Shown here: in pieces, positions 1-16,847 of the stretch
Layout of the letters: each line of letters starts with the position of its first letter
How positions within the stretch are numbered: position 1 is the stretch's first letter
NCBI RefSeq assembly: GCF_009914755.1
Contig: NC_060932.1
DNA: 64,000 nt
Direction: 5' to 3' (one strand)
Source: the human T2T-CHM13v2.0 reference genome, Homo sapiens
The notes under the pieces: model-generated
Database searches by the model: none
Seen by the model: only the letters and a program-made list of their open reading frames with translations
What the model was told of the DNA's origin: nothing
Position numbers and translations under genes: made by a program

Positions 1-121
1 TGAAAGTTAAATTTCATTTAGACACAAATCAGTTTTTAAAATAGCAACTGTTCACCGCAAATATTTATGGTATTTGTTTATAATAAATATATTTAAATTT
101 ATTTTTACTAAAAATATACAG

Positions 122-370
122 AGGCATCTACAGACTTGTCATTGCTGCTTTGGACAAGTGGGGATTGTGGAGGAATTGACAATCTAGAAGTGTTTAGAAA
201 GAAAAGTATTGTCAATATCAGCTTCTTTTAACCTTTTGAATAGTTCTGCTAATAAATTATTCTCCATATCTAGTCTAATCTTTCATATTACAGTCATTTT
301 CGTTTTATTCTGCCACGAGTAATAGGCAGCTGATTAATATATTCTGTGAAAGAACTCTTCTCATCTGAAG
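122..370 (+). pseudogene. Relic exon A (249 nt, phase 1->1)
   Basis: tacag|AG...GAAG|gtaatt; reads ASTDLSLLLWTSGDCGGIDNLEVFRKKSIVNISFF*PFE*FC**IILHI*SNLSYYSHFRFILPRVIGS*LIYSVKELFSSE (6 stops). Confidence 0.45.
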
Positions 371-624
371 GTAATTCTCTACTAATCTTTATTACCACAA
401 AGATCCCGTCTTTGTACACATGAAATTAGTAACTGCATTTTCAACATGATGAACCATTTGAAATTTACATTTTCTGTAAAGAAAATAGTGCCTGCACGTT
501 GTTTCACTACCTTTTCCCCTTCAAACCTCCTCCCCGTCAGTCACTGGATTAGTGTTTACTCTAGCAATTATATTTGTGTAATAAGTAATTCAGTGCCTCT
601 TATAGCTGTCTGCCTTAGTTTCAC

Positions 625-916
625 TTTTTTTTTTTTTTTTTGAGACAGTCTCGTTCTGTCACCCAGGCTGGAGTGCAGTGACGTGATCGCAGCTCACTGC
701 AACCTCCTCCCGGGTTCAAGCGATTCTTGTGCCTCAGCCTCTGAGTAGCTGGGACTACAGGCATGTGCCACCATGCCTGGCTAATTTTGTATTTTTAGTA
801 GAGATGGGGTTTCACCATGTTGGCCAGGCTGGTCTGAAACTCCTGGCCTCAAGTGATCTACCCGCCTCAGCCTCCCGAAATGCTGGGATTACAGGCATGA
901 GCCACTGAGCCTGGCC
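625..916 (-). mobile_element. AluS-type SINE (donor of the copy at 4812-4951)
   Basis: Dimeric Alu reverse complement, poly(T) 625-641, TSD-like agtttcacttt / agtatcacttt. Confidence 0.95.
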
Positions 917-1261
917 AGTATCACTTTATTTTTTCAAAATTTTAATAACTTCTTTCCAAGATTTTATATTTGTTAAGCACATTGCCAATCCTTAGTTATT
1001 TATAAACTTCAACTTAAATGTACTGATAATCCCATTACAGCAGGCAGTTGCCTACAGCTATTACCTTTATTTCTTCTTTAGCAGTACCTTAGTTTGATCT
1101 GATAGTGGCAAGGATCCCTCTTCCTCAAAGAGATTAGGACCTTACCCCAACTCCAGAGGTTGCACCTTCATTGATCTGAAACAGAAGTGGTAGTTTAATT
1201 CTGTATAGTCTGATTAGTACGAGGCAGAACTTTTTGCAGTGAAGGAAATCAACCATCCGTT

Positions 1262-1343
1262 CTGTCTCTCTATTGTGGTAGCTACTAACCATATGTGATA
1301 TTGAGTACTTGATATGTGACTACTGCAATTGAGAAATTGAATG
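1262..1343. mobile_element. MER3/MER33-like hAT-Charlie fragment
   Basis: ggtagctactaaccatatgtg...ttgagtacttgatatgtgactactgcaattgagaaattgaat resembles recalled MER3/MER33 consensus. Confidence 0.55.
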
Positions 1344-1379
1344 AAATGAACAGAACCCTACTGAGAAGGGCTTTCCTTT

Positions 1380-1700
1380 CAAATTAAAAAATCAGAGCTT
1401 TGTGTGGTAACAGTCATTGCCTCTTTCTCCTCTTTCTGGCCAACAGCATGCCTAAAGGTGCAGCTGCCATCAAACAACCATGAAACAGCAAATGTGAGAA
1501 TGAAAGTTACATTTCAGAGATAGAACTGAAGGAGGATTAAGGGGATCCTGGGTCCCTGATATGGCATTGTTGAACACCCAAATCAAGATGAGCAATTGCC
1601 AAACTCCCCAATTATTAAATGAGAAAAAATAAACTCCAGATTGTTTAAGACACTGTTTGGTTTCCTGTTACTTTAGCCATGTATGTTTCTGACTAATATA
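1380..1700 (+). mobile_element. Old MLT1-type MaLR LTR remnant
   Basis: gcagctgccatc, cctgggtccctga, and 3' end aaataaac...ttgtttaagacactg...tgactaatata. Confidence 0.55.
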
Positions 1701-3089
1701 TCTGCTTATCTACTCTTCAACATTTTTTAAGTGTAAAACTCTTATTTTAGACATGTCAGGGATGCTATTTCAGAATCTAATCATTTAAAGCAAGGAGATA
1801 ATTCCATATAACGAAAGAAGTAATGTCTTAGTGCAGCTCAGCTCCTAGCATTCTAAGCCAACAGAGGTGAAAAGGGGACATATTTACACAGCTTAACCAT
1901 AAAAATAATACTGATTTGGGGGCACAAGAGGATGTAGAGAAAAATATAAAGGGAAGACCAGTATTTTAGTATGCTGCAAGCATATACTTCAACTTTTTAT
2001 TGACAAATATTTCAATTAATCTTTTTGTCTTATATACTGTAGCCCACATATCATCAAAGTAACTTCATTTTAATTCATTTCATAGAACCATAGGATTTTA
2101 GACAGGACTTTGGAGATGATTTTGTTGTACTTCATTTTAAGATGAGGATATCTGAGGTTCAGATAAATTAACCTCTTGTGTTACAGAGCATGGACCAGAC
2201 CCAGGATGTCAGGGGTTTCCAAGTCAGCATTTTTTCTGGTATCCTCTGCTGCATCTGGCTATCTTGTGATGTTCTAATTTTAGAGTGACAAAAATGAGAA
2301 CCAGTTATATGCAAGGATCATAGCTTGTTAGCAGATCAGGGATTATAATTCAGATGTTCTGATTTGTAAAACAATTTTTAATTAAATAAGGTAAATTATA
2401 TTTTAATTTGAATTGTGTTTAAATTATTTAAGATGTTATTTCATTTACAGTAAATATGAGAACGATTTCAAAATATTTAGAATATAATATAATGCCATTT
2501 TGCTCCCTCCCCCTCTGCCCCCATCATTAAAACTCTTGCTGTTTTCCATTTATTGGCTCTTAACATGGCCTTTGAGGGTCTATATAGTATCAGAATCAAG
2601 GAGAGAATTTAGATTTCTTTAATTGTAAATGATGTCCTTCCACTTTCCCACACTTTGAATTCAGGTACACTTAAAGTCCATGAAGTTGTTATACTTCCTT
2701 CTTCTACAAACATTCAGCATCTACAAAATAATATATGATGAAAGACTAAATGCGTTCCTCTTAAGATTAGGAACAAGATAAGGATATGCACACTCACCAC
2801 TCCTATTCAGTGTAGTACTTGATATCCAGTGCAATAATATAAGAAAAGGGGATAAAAGGCACAGAGATTGGAAATGAAAAAATTAACTTTATATTTGCAT
2901 TTAACATTATTTTCTACATACAAAGTTCTAAGAAATCTCCAAGAACTTACAAGAACTAGTGAATTTAGTAAGATCACAGAATACAAGATCAACCACACAA
3001 AAATCAAATTGTATTTCTATATGCTAATACCATTTACAATTTCAAAATGTAATACTAAGTATAAATCCAACAAAACACCTACAGGACCT

Positions 3090-3492
3090 TGATGAAGAGT
3101 CAAACTCTAAAATATTGAAGAGATTTATTTTGAGCCAAATATGAGTGACTAATGGGCTGTGACACAGCCCTCAAGAGATCCTGAGAACATGTGCCTAAGG
3201 TGATTGGGTTACAACTTGGCTTTATACATTCTAGAGAGACGTAAGACATCAATCAATACAGGTAACATGTACATTGATTTAGCTTAGGAGAGTGGGACAA
3301 CTGGAAGTGGGGACTTCCAGGTCATAGACAAATCCAAAGATTTTCTGATTGGGAGTCGGTTATTATTGATAGAAACTGGTGTCTGGGATATGATAAGGGG
3401 TTGTGGAGACCAAGGTTTTATGCAGATGAATCTTCCAGGTAGCAGTCTTCAGAGAGATAATAGATTGTAAATGTCTAGACTTAAAGAGTCTG
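3090..3492 (-). mobile_element. MER4-family ERV1 LTR (partial)
   Basis: aagagtcaaactct...gaagagatttattttgagccaaatatgagtgac matches the reverse complement of the recalled MER4 LTR 3' end. Confidence 0.8.
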
Positions 3493-4009
3493 AAACATAA
3501 CCATTTATATGGATTGGAAGACAATATATTAACTAAGTTGCCCCCAAGTTGATTTATGGGTTTAATACAAGTCCTATAAAAATCCCAGAAGGATTCTTTG
3601 TTGAATGATTCTGATTCTAAAGAATCGGAATAAAGCTCATTCTAAAATACATTAAAAAGCAAAGGAACTAGAATATCCTAAGCAATTTGAAAACAATGTA
3701 GTTGGAGGAATCACACTACCAGATATTAAGACACATAAGTACAGTAATCGGGACTGTGATATTGGTACTGATTGTGTGGTTTTGGTAGTGATAGACACAT
3801 AGCTCAGTGATAGACGCAGAATAGAGTACAGAAATAGACCTACACAAGTATGAAAAACTAACGTCTGACAAAGGTACATAAGCAATTCAATAGATGAATT
3901 GTGTTAGAAAAATTGAATTTCGAACAAAGGGTGTTGGAACAATTGAATAGTCATAGCTAAGAAAGAAAAACCTCAACCTCAACCTTCTACCTTATAAAAA
4001 CTTTTACTC

Positions 4010-4300
4010 CCTAGGCATGGGGGGCTCGTGCCTATAATTTCAGCTAGTTGGCAGGCTGAGGTGGGAGAACAGCTTGAGGCCAAGAGTTTGAAACTAGGGT
4101 AGGCAACATAGTGAGAACCTCTCTCTAAAATTTTAAGAAATTAGCTGAGCATGGTGGCATGTACTTTCAGTCCCAGCTACTTGGGAGGCTGAGGCAGAAG
4201 GATCACTTGAGACCAGGAGTTTGAGGCTGTGGTGAGCTGTCATCACACCACTGCACTCTAGCCTAGGCAAGAGAGCAAAACCTTGTCTCTAAAACAAAAA
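4010..4300 (+). mobile_element. AluJ-type SINE
   Basis: Diverged dimeric Alu with gaggatcacttgag motif. Confidence 0.9.
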
Positions 4301-4811
4301 TTAACTCAAAATGGGTCATGTTCTTACTGTAACATATAAAACTGAAACTTAGAAGCAAACAGGAAATCTTGAGCAAGGGTTAGGCCAACTGACATTAAAA
4401 TTCCTTAAAAAAACATTGAATTTTGTAAAAAATAAAAACATTTTGTAGAAGACCCTGTTAAAGAGGATGAAAAGGCAAGCCATAAACGGAAAATATTTGC
4501 AAGCACATGTTCAACAGAAAACTTATGTCCAGAATATATAAAGAACTTGCAAAATTTATTAGGAAGAAATAATCCAATTAGAAAATGGGCAAAAGACTTG
4601 AACAGACACTTCATCAAAGAAGCTGTACAGATAATAAGCACATGAAAAGATGTTCAGCATCATTATTAATAGGGAAGTGCAAATTATAACAAGATACCAT
4701 TGAACACCTATTAGAATAGCTGGTAATAACACATGCTGAGATATGCAGAGCCACTTTCAGACATTTTGTCTGAAATTGGAAATTTTACATTTCCACCACA
4801 GGTTTAGCTAC

Positions 4812-4951
4812 CTGGGAGGTGGAGGTTGCAGTGAGCTGAGATCACGCCACTATACTCCAGCCTGGGTGACAGAACGAGGCTGTCTCAAAAAAAAAAAAAA
4901 AAAAAGTGAAACTAAGGCAGACAGCTGTAAGAGTTACTGAATTACTTATTA
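4812..4951 (+). repeat. Inverted copy of ~575-713 (Alu 3' end + A-tail + unique flank) with 15-bp target duplication
   Basis: Reverse complement aligns to 575-713; CACAGGTTTAGCTAC at 4797-4811 and 4952-4966. Confidence 0.92.
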
Positions 4952-5288
4952 CACAGGTTTAGCTACACTGGAAATCAGTTTGTCATACACTTTTATATTA
5001 CAACTGTCATGCACCTTTTATTGGGAGAGTTTATCACTTTAATTATATTTTCAGGTGATTATCTGTCTCTCTTAGTAGATTCTTAAGTTGCATGAGGGCA
5101 GAGACCCTATATGTTTTTGTCCATGTTTACCTTTTTAGTTTCTAGCATGATGCTTGCATATGGTATGTATTTGAATGAATTAAAAATACTGTGCACATTT
5201 AGGTATAGTTTATTTAACAAACCTTACTTCCAGAAGTAGCTTAATTCCACTTCTTCACTTAGTTCCCTACTAAAAGAAACTGCAATCA

Positions 5289-5987
<699 letters not shown>

Positions 5988-6288
5988 TTTCAAATAGACT
6001 GTATTTTGAAAACAATGATTGAAAGAAGCAAATGATTTCATGGAGATCTGCATGTTACTTTGTTTCTTACATTGTGATTGTGTGTGGCATTTTTTAAGTT
6101 ATCCCCTCTTCTGATTTATATGTTTTCCCCCATCTCCTATTCTATTTTTTTGGTGGGGAGCAACAATATTCTCCCTAGATGCTATAGTAAAGAACTGAAT
6201 TACCCATGTTTGTTTTGTATATTGAATATCTTTCTCTTAATAATTTTAAAATTAGTACAGAGAATTATACTATTATTTTCTTTCTCAG

Positions 6289-6364
6289 AAGCCAAGGTGA
6301 ATTCACTTGATTTATATTGACTGCTTTCAACAGCTTTTTAAAAAAACTTATAATTCTTAAGGGA
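6289..6364 (+). pseudogene. Relic exon A3 (76 nt, phase 0->1)
   Basis: Strong acceptor ttttctttctcag|, donor GGGA|gtgaat; KPR*IHLIYIDCFQQLFKKTYNS*G. Confidence 0.4.
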
Positions 6365-6383
6365 GTGAATATGGGCCAGTGGT

Positions 6384-6697
6384 TTGTTTGCTTGTTTTGT
6401 TTTGTTGTTGTTGTTGAGACTGAGTCTAGCTTTGTCACCCAGGTTGGAGTGTAAGTGGTGTGATCTCACCTCACTGCAACCTCCGCCTCCCAGGTTCAAG
6501 CGATTCTCCTGCCTCAGCCTCCTAAGTAGCTGGGATTACAGGCACCCGTCACCACACCCAGCTAATTTTTGTATTTTTAGTAGAGATGGGGTTTCACCAT
6601 GTCGGTCAGGCTGGTTTTGAACACCTGACCTCACATGATCCACCTGCCTCGGCCTCCCAAAGTGCTGGGATTACAGGTGTGAGGCACTGCACCCTGC
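6384..6697 (-). mobile_element. AluS SINE with GTTT/GTT-type tail
   Basis: Full dimer; TSD tgggcc(a/t)gtggt. Confidence 0.95.
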
Positions 6698-6888
6698 TGG
6701 GCCTGTGGTCTTTAGAAAAAGAATTATTTCTTTATACACATATGTTCATATATGCATCTCTCTATGTATATATGCATATTTGTATTTATTTAAGAACCCA
6801 ATTGTAATAACCACAGTGGATACAGAAAGTATGAACTTTGTATTATAGTGAGCATAGTAGAAGACAAGAATAATGTAAATACTTTTAT

Positions 6889-7363
6889 TTACTTATTTTT
6901 TAAATTATACTTTAAGTACTAGGGTACATGTGCACAACGTGCAGGTTTGTTACATATGTATACATGTGCCATGTTGGTGTGCAGCACCCATTAACTCATC
7001 ATTTACATTAGGTATTTCTCTTAATGCTATCCCTCCCTGCTCCCCCACACCCCATGACAGGCCCTAGTGTGTGATGTTCCCCGCCCTGTGTCCAAGTGTT
7101 TTCATTGTTCAGTTCCCACCTATGAGTGAGAACTTGTGGTGTTTGGTTTTCTGTCCTTGCAATAGTTTGCTCAGAATAATGGTTTCCAGCTTCATCCATG
7201 TCCCAACAAAGGACATGAACTCATCTTTTTTTATGGCTGCATAGTATTCCATGGTGTATATGTGCTACATTTTCTTCAGTCTATCACTGATGGACATTTG
7301 GGTTGGTTCCAAGTCTTTGCTATTGTGAATAGTGCCACAATAAACATACGTGTACATGTGTCT
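6889..7363 (-). mobile_element. 5'-truncated L1PA (about PA5/PA6) 3' end
   Basis: L1PA 3'UTR and ORF2 tail; TSD taatgtaaa(t/g)actttt at 6871 and 7364. Confidence 0.92.
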
Positions 7364-7601
7364 TAATGTAAAGACTTTTATACAAATTGTTTTTTAATAT
7401 AAAAAACTGATTAATAATTAGATTTGGATGCCAATAAAAGTTAAATTAGAAGCATATTTCTATAAACCACTTGCAGCCACAAATAAATAGGTGAATTCCA
7501 ATAGGGTCATTACATCTCTACTACTCCATATAATAATATGTAAACATCACAAGTAATACGATTTGTATTCAAATCATTAGAACCCTGAAGAATGTTTTCA
7601 G

Positions 7602-7699
7602 CTCAACAAACTGCTGCCACCAGCAATAAACTTGGAGACATTAATCTTGCAAATAAGTCACTACTGGGGAAACATCTACCTGCAATAGACCAAGTAATG
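7602..7699 (+). pseudogene. Relic exon B (98 nt, phase 1->0, stop-free)
   Basis: gttttcag|CT CAA...ATG|gtgagt; the only open frame (QQTAATSNKLGDINLANKSLLGKHLPAIDQVM) is the one matching neighbouring phases. Confidence 0.65.
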
Positions 7700-7854
7700 G
7701 TGAGTATTTCCAAACAGAATGGATTCATAACTGAAGAAATCTGAGCTCGTGCATAACTAATTGGAGAGATATAATTAGGCAACTTAAATATTACATGAAA
7801 ACATGGGTAAGAATTATGTGAAAATGTATGCATATCATCTTTTGAAAACCCTAG

Positions 7855-8527
7855 GTAAAAATGTGTACTATCAACATCATATCTGTTTGAAATGAAATTG
7901 GAGGTCTCCAGAGTGGTAACAGTAGCCAGTGATTTCAAGAGTTGTACTCAAATGACAGCTGATTTTGGATTTAGTTTCACTATACTGATCTATCTGTCAT
8001 ACATAGTATGCCAGAGAACATAGGAGACAACACAGCCCCATTGGCTGGCAGTTTTCTAATAGCCCACCTACTCTGACCAAAACCAAACTGCACAGATAAA
8101 TATGTCTCTAGTTCTTATGAGAGGAATAAAAATTGGTTAGTTCCAAATAGAGGCATTGGGAAAGACTGTATAAGAATGTCTTACTAAAACAAACTTCAAA
8201 TAGCACCACTGATACGATGATTTAAGAAGAGTAATAGCAGTTGGGACATAGACATGGTACCAAACAAATGGTTGCCTCTTAAGTGGTACCCAGGAGTCAG
8301 AGCTGTACTTAGAAACAGGCCCTGTGGTATCAGCTGGCTCCGGGGAGAGTAATCTGATGGTCACCTGGCAGATTTAACGTTGCTATCTTTTTATGTATGC
8401 AGAATTGTTCTCAAATATTAAGGGCAATGAAATACATATATTTGGAAAGGACTTCAATGCCTACACAAACACAGTCTTTCAAATACTAGAAAGAGAAGGA
8501 ATTTCTGAAAATACAAATGTTAAAGAT
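7855..8527 (+). pseudogene. Large relic exon B2 (673 nt; needs a net frameshift to be phase 0->0)
   Basis: cctag|GTA AAA...AAA GAT|gtaaaa; non-repeat and less AT-rich than flanks; last 50 codons (8378-8527) open: RCYLFMYAELFSNIKGNEIHIFGKDFNAYTNTVFQILEREGISENTNVKD. Confidence 0.5.
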
Positions 8528-8725
8528 GTAAAAATAGTTTAAAACAATATTCTTTTTATTTGGGGTGTATACTGCTAAATATTTCATTGTTTTACTTTAT
8601 TATTCTCTAAATAATAAAGATTTCCCCACAAGGAAATATTTACTAGTCTAAAAAGACTCATAATGAGGTATTTTGTGGCTTAAATTATGGCCTAATTTTG
8701 TTTAATGGCTTTGAATTTGTACTTA

Positions 8726-9043
8726 GTTTTTTCTTTTTATCTTTTTTTTTTTCTTTTTTTTTTGAGTCTTGCTCTGTCGCCCAAGCTGGAGTACAGTGGC
8801 ACGATCTGGGCTCACTGCAACCTCCGCCTCCCAGGTTCAGGTGATTCTCCCACCTCAGCCTCCCAAGTAGTAGCTGGGGTTACAGGCATGCACTACCACA
8901 CCTGGCTAATTTTTAAATTTTTAGTAGAGAGGGGGTTTCACCATGTTGGCCAGGCTGGTCTCAAACACCTGACCTCAGGTAATCTGCTTGCCTCAGCCTC
9001 CCAGAGTGCTGGGATTACAGGGGTGAGCCACCATGCCCGGCCA
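8726..9043 (-). mobile_element. AluS SINE
   Basis: Full dimer; TSD tga(a/g)tttgtactta. Confidence 0.95.
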
Positions 9044-9607
9044 TGAGTTTGTACTTAATTTTTTCTATTAACAAACCTCAAATGTCAGTGGACAAATTTT
9101 CAATTCAAAGTTTTAACAGTCATTGATTAGAAATAATAATAAAGTTTGATTTTTCAATTGGATAATTTTCCTCCTACAAGCTTGTAGAAGTACGCCACCT
9201 AGAGTTTTAAATTTTTTAAATTATAAAAACTGCAGGCTGGTTTTTTCTTACTTTTTTTTTTTTTTTGGTCTGTTATTTTAAACTAAAAGTAGGCATATTT
9301 TAATCAAAATCAAGCCAAATATTATAATAATCGTGGAATTTTATCATAAATTTTATCATAAATCGTGGAATTTTATCATTCTTGGTTTTTACATGTAACT
9401 TTCTCGAGATTGCTATATAGGGGATAGAATATTTTTGTTCAATATTTCCGGATTAAACAATTCACCTGTATGCCCACATAAGATGGATAATAAATCATGC
9501 TCAGGAATTGTAAAGTCTGATTCAATGATATTAGGACTAATTTTAATATGTTATTATCTGTACCAATTCAAATATATATAAATACTTGAAAGATATAAAT
9601 AGATCAT

Positions 9608-9641
<34 letters not shown>

Positions 9642-9703
9642 CACAATCACAGTGTATGTTAACCTTGTTGTGTTCAATGGATTTTTAAAAAGTTTAATTG
9701 CAG

Positions 9704-9753
9704 ATGACATAGCCATTGAGTAAGCTTAAATACTGGAGATGCGAACATTACCA
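9704..9753 (+). pseudogene. Relic exon C (50 nt, phase 0->2)
   Basis: ttgcag|ATG...CCA|gtaagt; MT*PLSKLKYWRCEHY; followed by a 74-nt GT-AG intron. Confidence 0.65.
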
Positions 9754-9827
9754 GTAAGTAACGTTTTTCAAATGCTAATAAACTGTGGATGAAAATAACT
9801 TTTTATTTGGCTTCTTATGGTTTTCAG

Positions 9828-10068
9828 GTGGACATGATACATGCGTATTTCTTGGGAAAAAATCTAGAAAGAATTGGTTTTATAATTTATCCATAGACCT
9901 AAATATCTTTATTGAAAAGATAATGAATAAGATGTTGAAGCCTATAGGCTTCTTCAACTAGGCAGTGTCAAAAAGCATTGAGATGTTATAGTGCTTATGA
10001 TGGAGAAAGATATCATTGAAAAAATTGTAAAACTTTGTTTGGATTTAAAACCAAAGCTATTTGCAGAG
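9828..10068 (+). pseudogene. Relic exon D (241 nt, phase 2->0)
   Basis: ttttcag|G...GAG|gtaaac; WT*YMRISWEKI*KELVL*FIHRPKYLY*KDNE*DVEAYRLLQLGSVKKH*DVIVLMMEKDIIEKIVKLCLDLKPKLFAE. Confidence 0.65.
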
Positions 10069-10164
10069 GTAAACAGCCTTTATCTTATTCCTGCTTTAAA
10101 AGATTCTGTTCTCTTCTGGTTTTTATATCTGTTGATATGTAATGCTTGAAATTTTTACTTTTAG

Positions 10165-10243
10165 ATGTTTAGACTTTAGAACAATTATAGGCAAAGGTTG
10201 TTTTCTGCAAGATGGCCCACGAGAAATCAGATTATCTAAGGAA
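10165..10243 (+). pseudogene. Relic exon E (79 nt; one extra T in the run at 10168-10170)
   Basis: tttttacttttag| acceptor 96 nt after the exon D donor; removing one T gives MLDFRTIIGKGCFLQDGPREIRLSKE|gtactg, stop-free. Confidence 0.55.
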
Positions 10244-10568
10244 GTACTGCTTTGATTTATTGGTGTCCTGAATTAATAATTTCTAAAAGCTAAACGAAAA
10301 ATTCCTGTACACGAGGGGAACTTGTCTTCAATTTCCTTTTCCTTTCCCATACAACATCTAACATATATTGAGCCCACAGTGAATGCTTATGAATATTTGT
10401 TGATTTCATATTTTGTCTCCAAGCCAGCTAATGGTGAGGAGCTAAATGTCATTCAATTGCTAAACTTTAACACTCAAATTAGGTTATCAGACTATGAATT
10501 TGGTTAGTAAAGTTGGAAAGCTGTTTGTGGTTTTGTTTTTTAATTGAATGTGGCCAATTTTATTTAAG

Positions 10569-10682
10569 GCTCAGCAGGAACTTTGTGATAGCAGTTATCT
10601 ATTCCAGCAGTTCAGAATGAAAGACTTGGGAAATTTCTCAGTCCATTAAGAATATGAAGCAGACAGAAAAATTACCCATTGG
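10569..10682 (+). pseudogene. Relic exon F (114 nt, phase 0->0)
   Basis: ttttatttaag|GCT...TGG|gtaaca; AQQELCDSSYLFQQFRMKDLGNFSVH*EYEADRKITHW. Confidence 0.55.
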
Positions 10683-10905
10683 GTAACAGTAAATGTTGGT
10701 GTTAAACAAAAAACAAAAAATGTATTTTTCAGTTTTAAGGGATGCATAAATTTTATTTATAGTATAGCCTCAGGACTGAATATGCTGCCTAGAATGTCTT
10801 CCAGTTGCTATGGGGAGTTCTGTTATTTGTCAATGTAGGGTTTCCTACTTGGCAGCATTATGTATTTATGATGGCATCTGTGTTTTCTGGTTGTTGCATT
10901 TGCAG

Positions 10906-11077
10906 TGAAACTTGTATTTTGACCAGTTGAAGAGAGAGGGGAAAAGAAAGCAAATTAAACTTGACTTCTTGGTAACGAAGCAGTAGCTTCTTGTTACTTG
11001 CATCATTATATTCCAAGAACACCAAATGCAACTGCAGTTGTGTGCCATACTTACTCTAGATATAACTGACTACATTT
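10906..11077 (+). pseudogene. Relic exon G (end uncertain: donor after 10971 or 11077)
   Basis: ttgcatttgcag|; *NLYFDQLKREGKRKQIKLDFL(VTKQ*LLVTCIIIFQEHQMQLQLCAILTLDITDYI); the longer form is phase 0->1 but has a weak donor (gtagta). Confidence 0.45.
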
Positions 11078-11390
11078 GTAGTATAATAAAATTTTATAAT
11101 AATATTAAAACCCAAAAGTTAAAAAGAGTATTATGCTTTGTCAGTTTACATGGCATTTTTTCAAGTGGAATTTTAATATGGGAAATTAAACTATGTAGAA
11201 TGATGTTTTTTGTTTTCTTTTTAGTTAAAGAAAAACTATCATCACCTATACCATTGTGTAAGTTTTATTAGAACAAGTGAAAATCTAAATGAACTAGTTT
11301 AAAAATTGTTTCCCTTCAAATTTTATGAGAGAAATAGAATAAAAAGTGAACTCATAAGTATCTGGTATTTCTTCTTAAAAATTTTTTCAG

Positions 11391-11556
11391 TATACGTTTT
11401 AGATTTCGTTTTACTACACACTTAGCTCAAGCTTGTCTTCTAAATTAATCTGCATCTACTACATTGACCTATAATGCTTGATGATGTTCATAAAGATTAT
11501 CTTCAGTCATCCTAAGAGTGCCTTTTTAATATTAAGGACATAGAAGCACCCTCTTA
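11391..11556 (+). pseudogene. Relic exon H (166 nt, phase 1->2)
   Basis: attttttcag|; ends PIMLDDVHKDYLQSS*ECLFNIKDIEAPS then TA|gtattg; 4 stops. Confidence 0.45.
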
Positions 11557-11972
11557 GTATTGGTTCTAAATATGAGGAATGAACTCTCAAATGCTCATAT
11601 ATTAAATTATATTCTCCATAATTTGTAGATTTGCAGATTATGTTCATTGTAATTTGTGTATTTCTTTTTATCTGTTGAATAATGGCAGTCTCAGAGGCAA
11701 AGTTTAGTTAAATATCTACTAACTTAATGTAAAGCATTGTATATACTCTAACTATGGTACACAATTATATTCCCTGGTTTCTGGAAGCTTATAAAATGAA
11801 TATACCAGTGGTCCTGGTATGTACAAAACAGAAGGCTGCATGGAGACAAAAATCTGATGCTTAGATCTTGCCTTCAAGGAGCTTGTAATTTAGTTTGTAG
11901 ATAATGCATAAGAATGAAAATTATTTCCATATAATCAGACTATGGCTTTCCAGTAGGTCAGTATAAAAGTGA

Positions 11973-12210
<238 letters not shown>

Positions 12211-12281
12211 AAGAGTGACTTTTAATTGCCTAGTGAATTAATATGTTTGTGATGTATATCTTCAGATGAAGATGCCACTAA

Positions 12282-12763
<482 letters not shown>

Positions 12764-12959
12764 TAAGTTTTAGGGTACATGTGCACAACGTGCAGGTTTG
12801 TTACATATGTATACATCTGCCATGTTGGTGTGCTGCACCCATTAACTCATCATTTAGCATTAGGTATATCTCCTAATGCTATCCCTCCCCCCTCCCCCCA
12901 CCCCACAACAGTCCCCAGTGTGTGATGTTCCCCTTCCTGTGTCCACGTGTTCTCATTGT

Positions 12960-16799
<3,840 letters not shown>

Positions 16800-16847
16800 T
16801 TATTTTTCTCATTAGTTGATGCAGTTCCTTCCTAGCCTTGATGGTCT

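Larger units (their letters stand above)
2727..4721 (+). mobile_element. Ancient L1M ORF2 fragment interrupted by a MER4-type LTR and an AluJ
   Basis: Diverged ORF2 landmarks (gaaagactaaatgcgttcctcttaagattaggaacaag; aaatgggcaaaagacttgaacagacacttc); no 3'UTR or poly(A). Confidence 0.85.
2665..4801 (+). pseudogene. Relic exon A2, apparently split by an old L1 insertion (halves ~2665-2726 and ~4722-4801)
   Basis: aattcag|GT ACA CTT gives TLKVHEVVILPSSTNIQHLQ (phase 1 start), running into L1 ORF2 sequence. After the L1 the frame reads MLRYAEPLSDILSEIGNFTFPPQ|gtttag (phase 0 end). Confidence 0.4.

Noticed and set aside
7603-8364. Minus-strand ORFs 7603-7938 and 8137-8364 as genes
   Set aside because: No recognisable protein; the splice signals here are on the + strand
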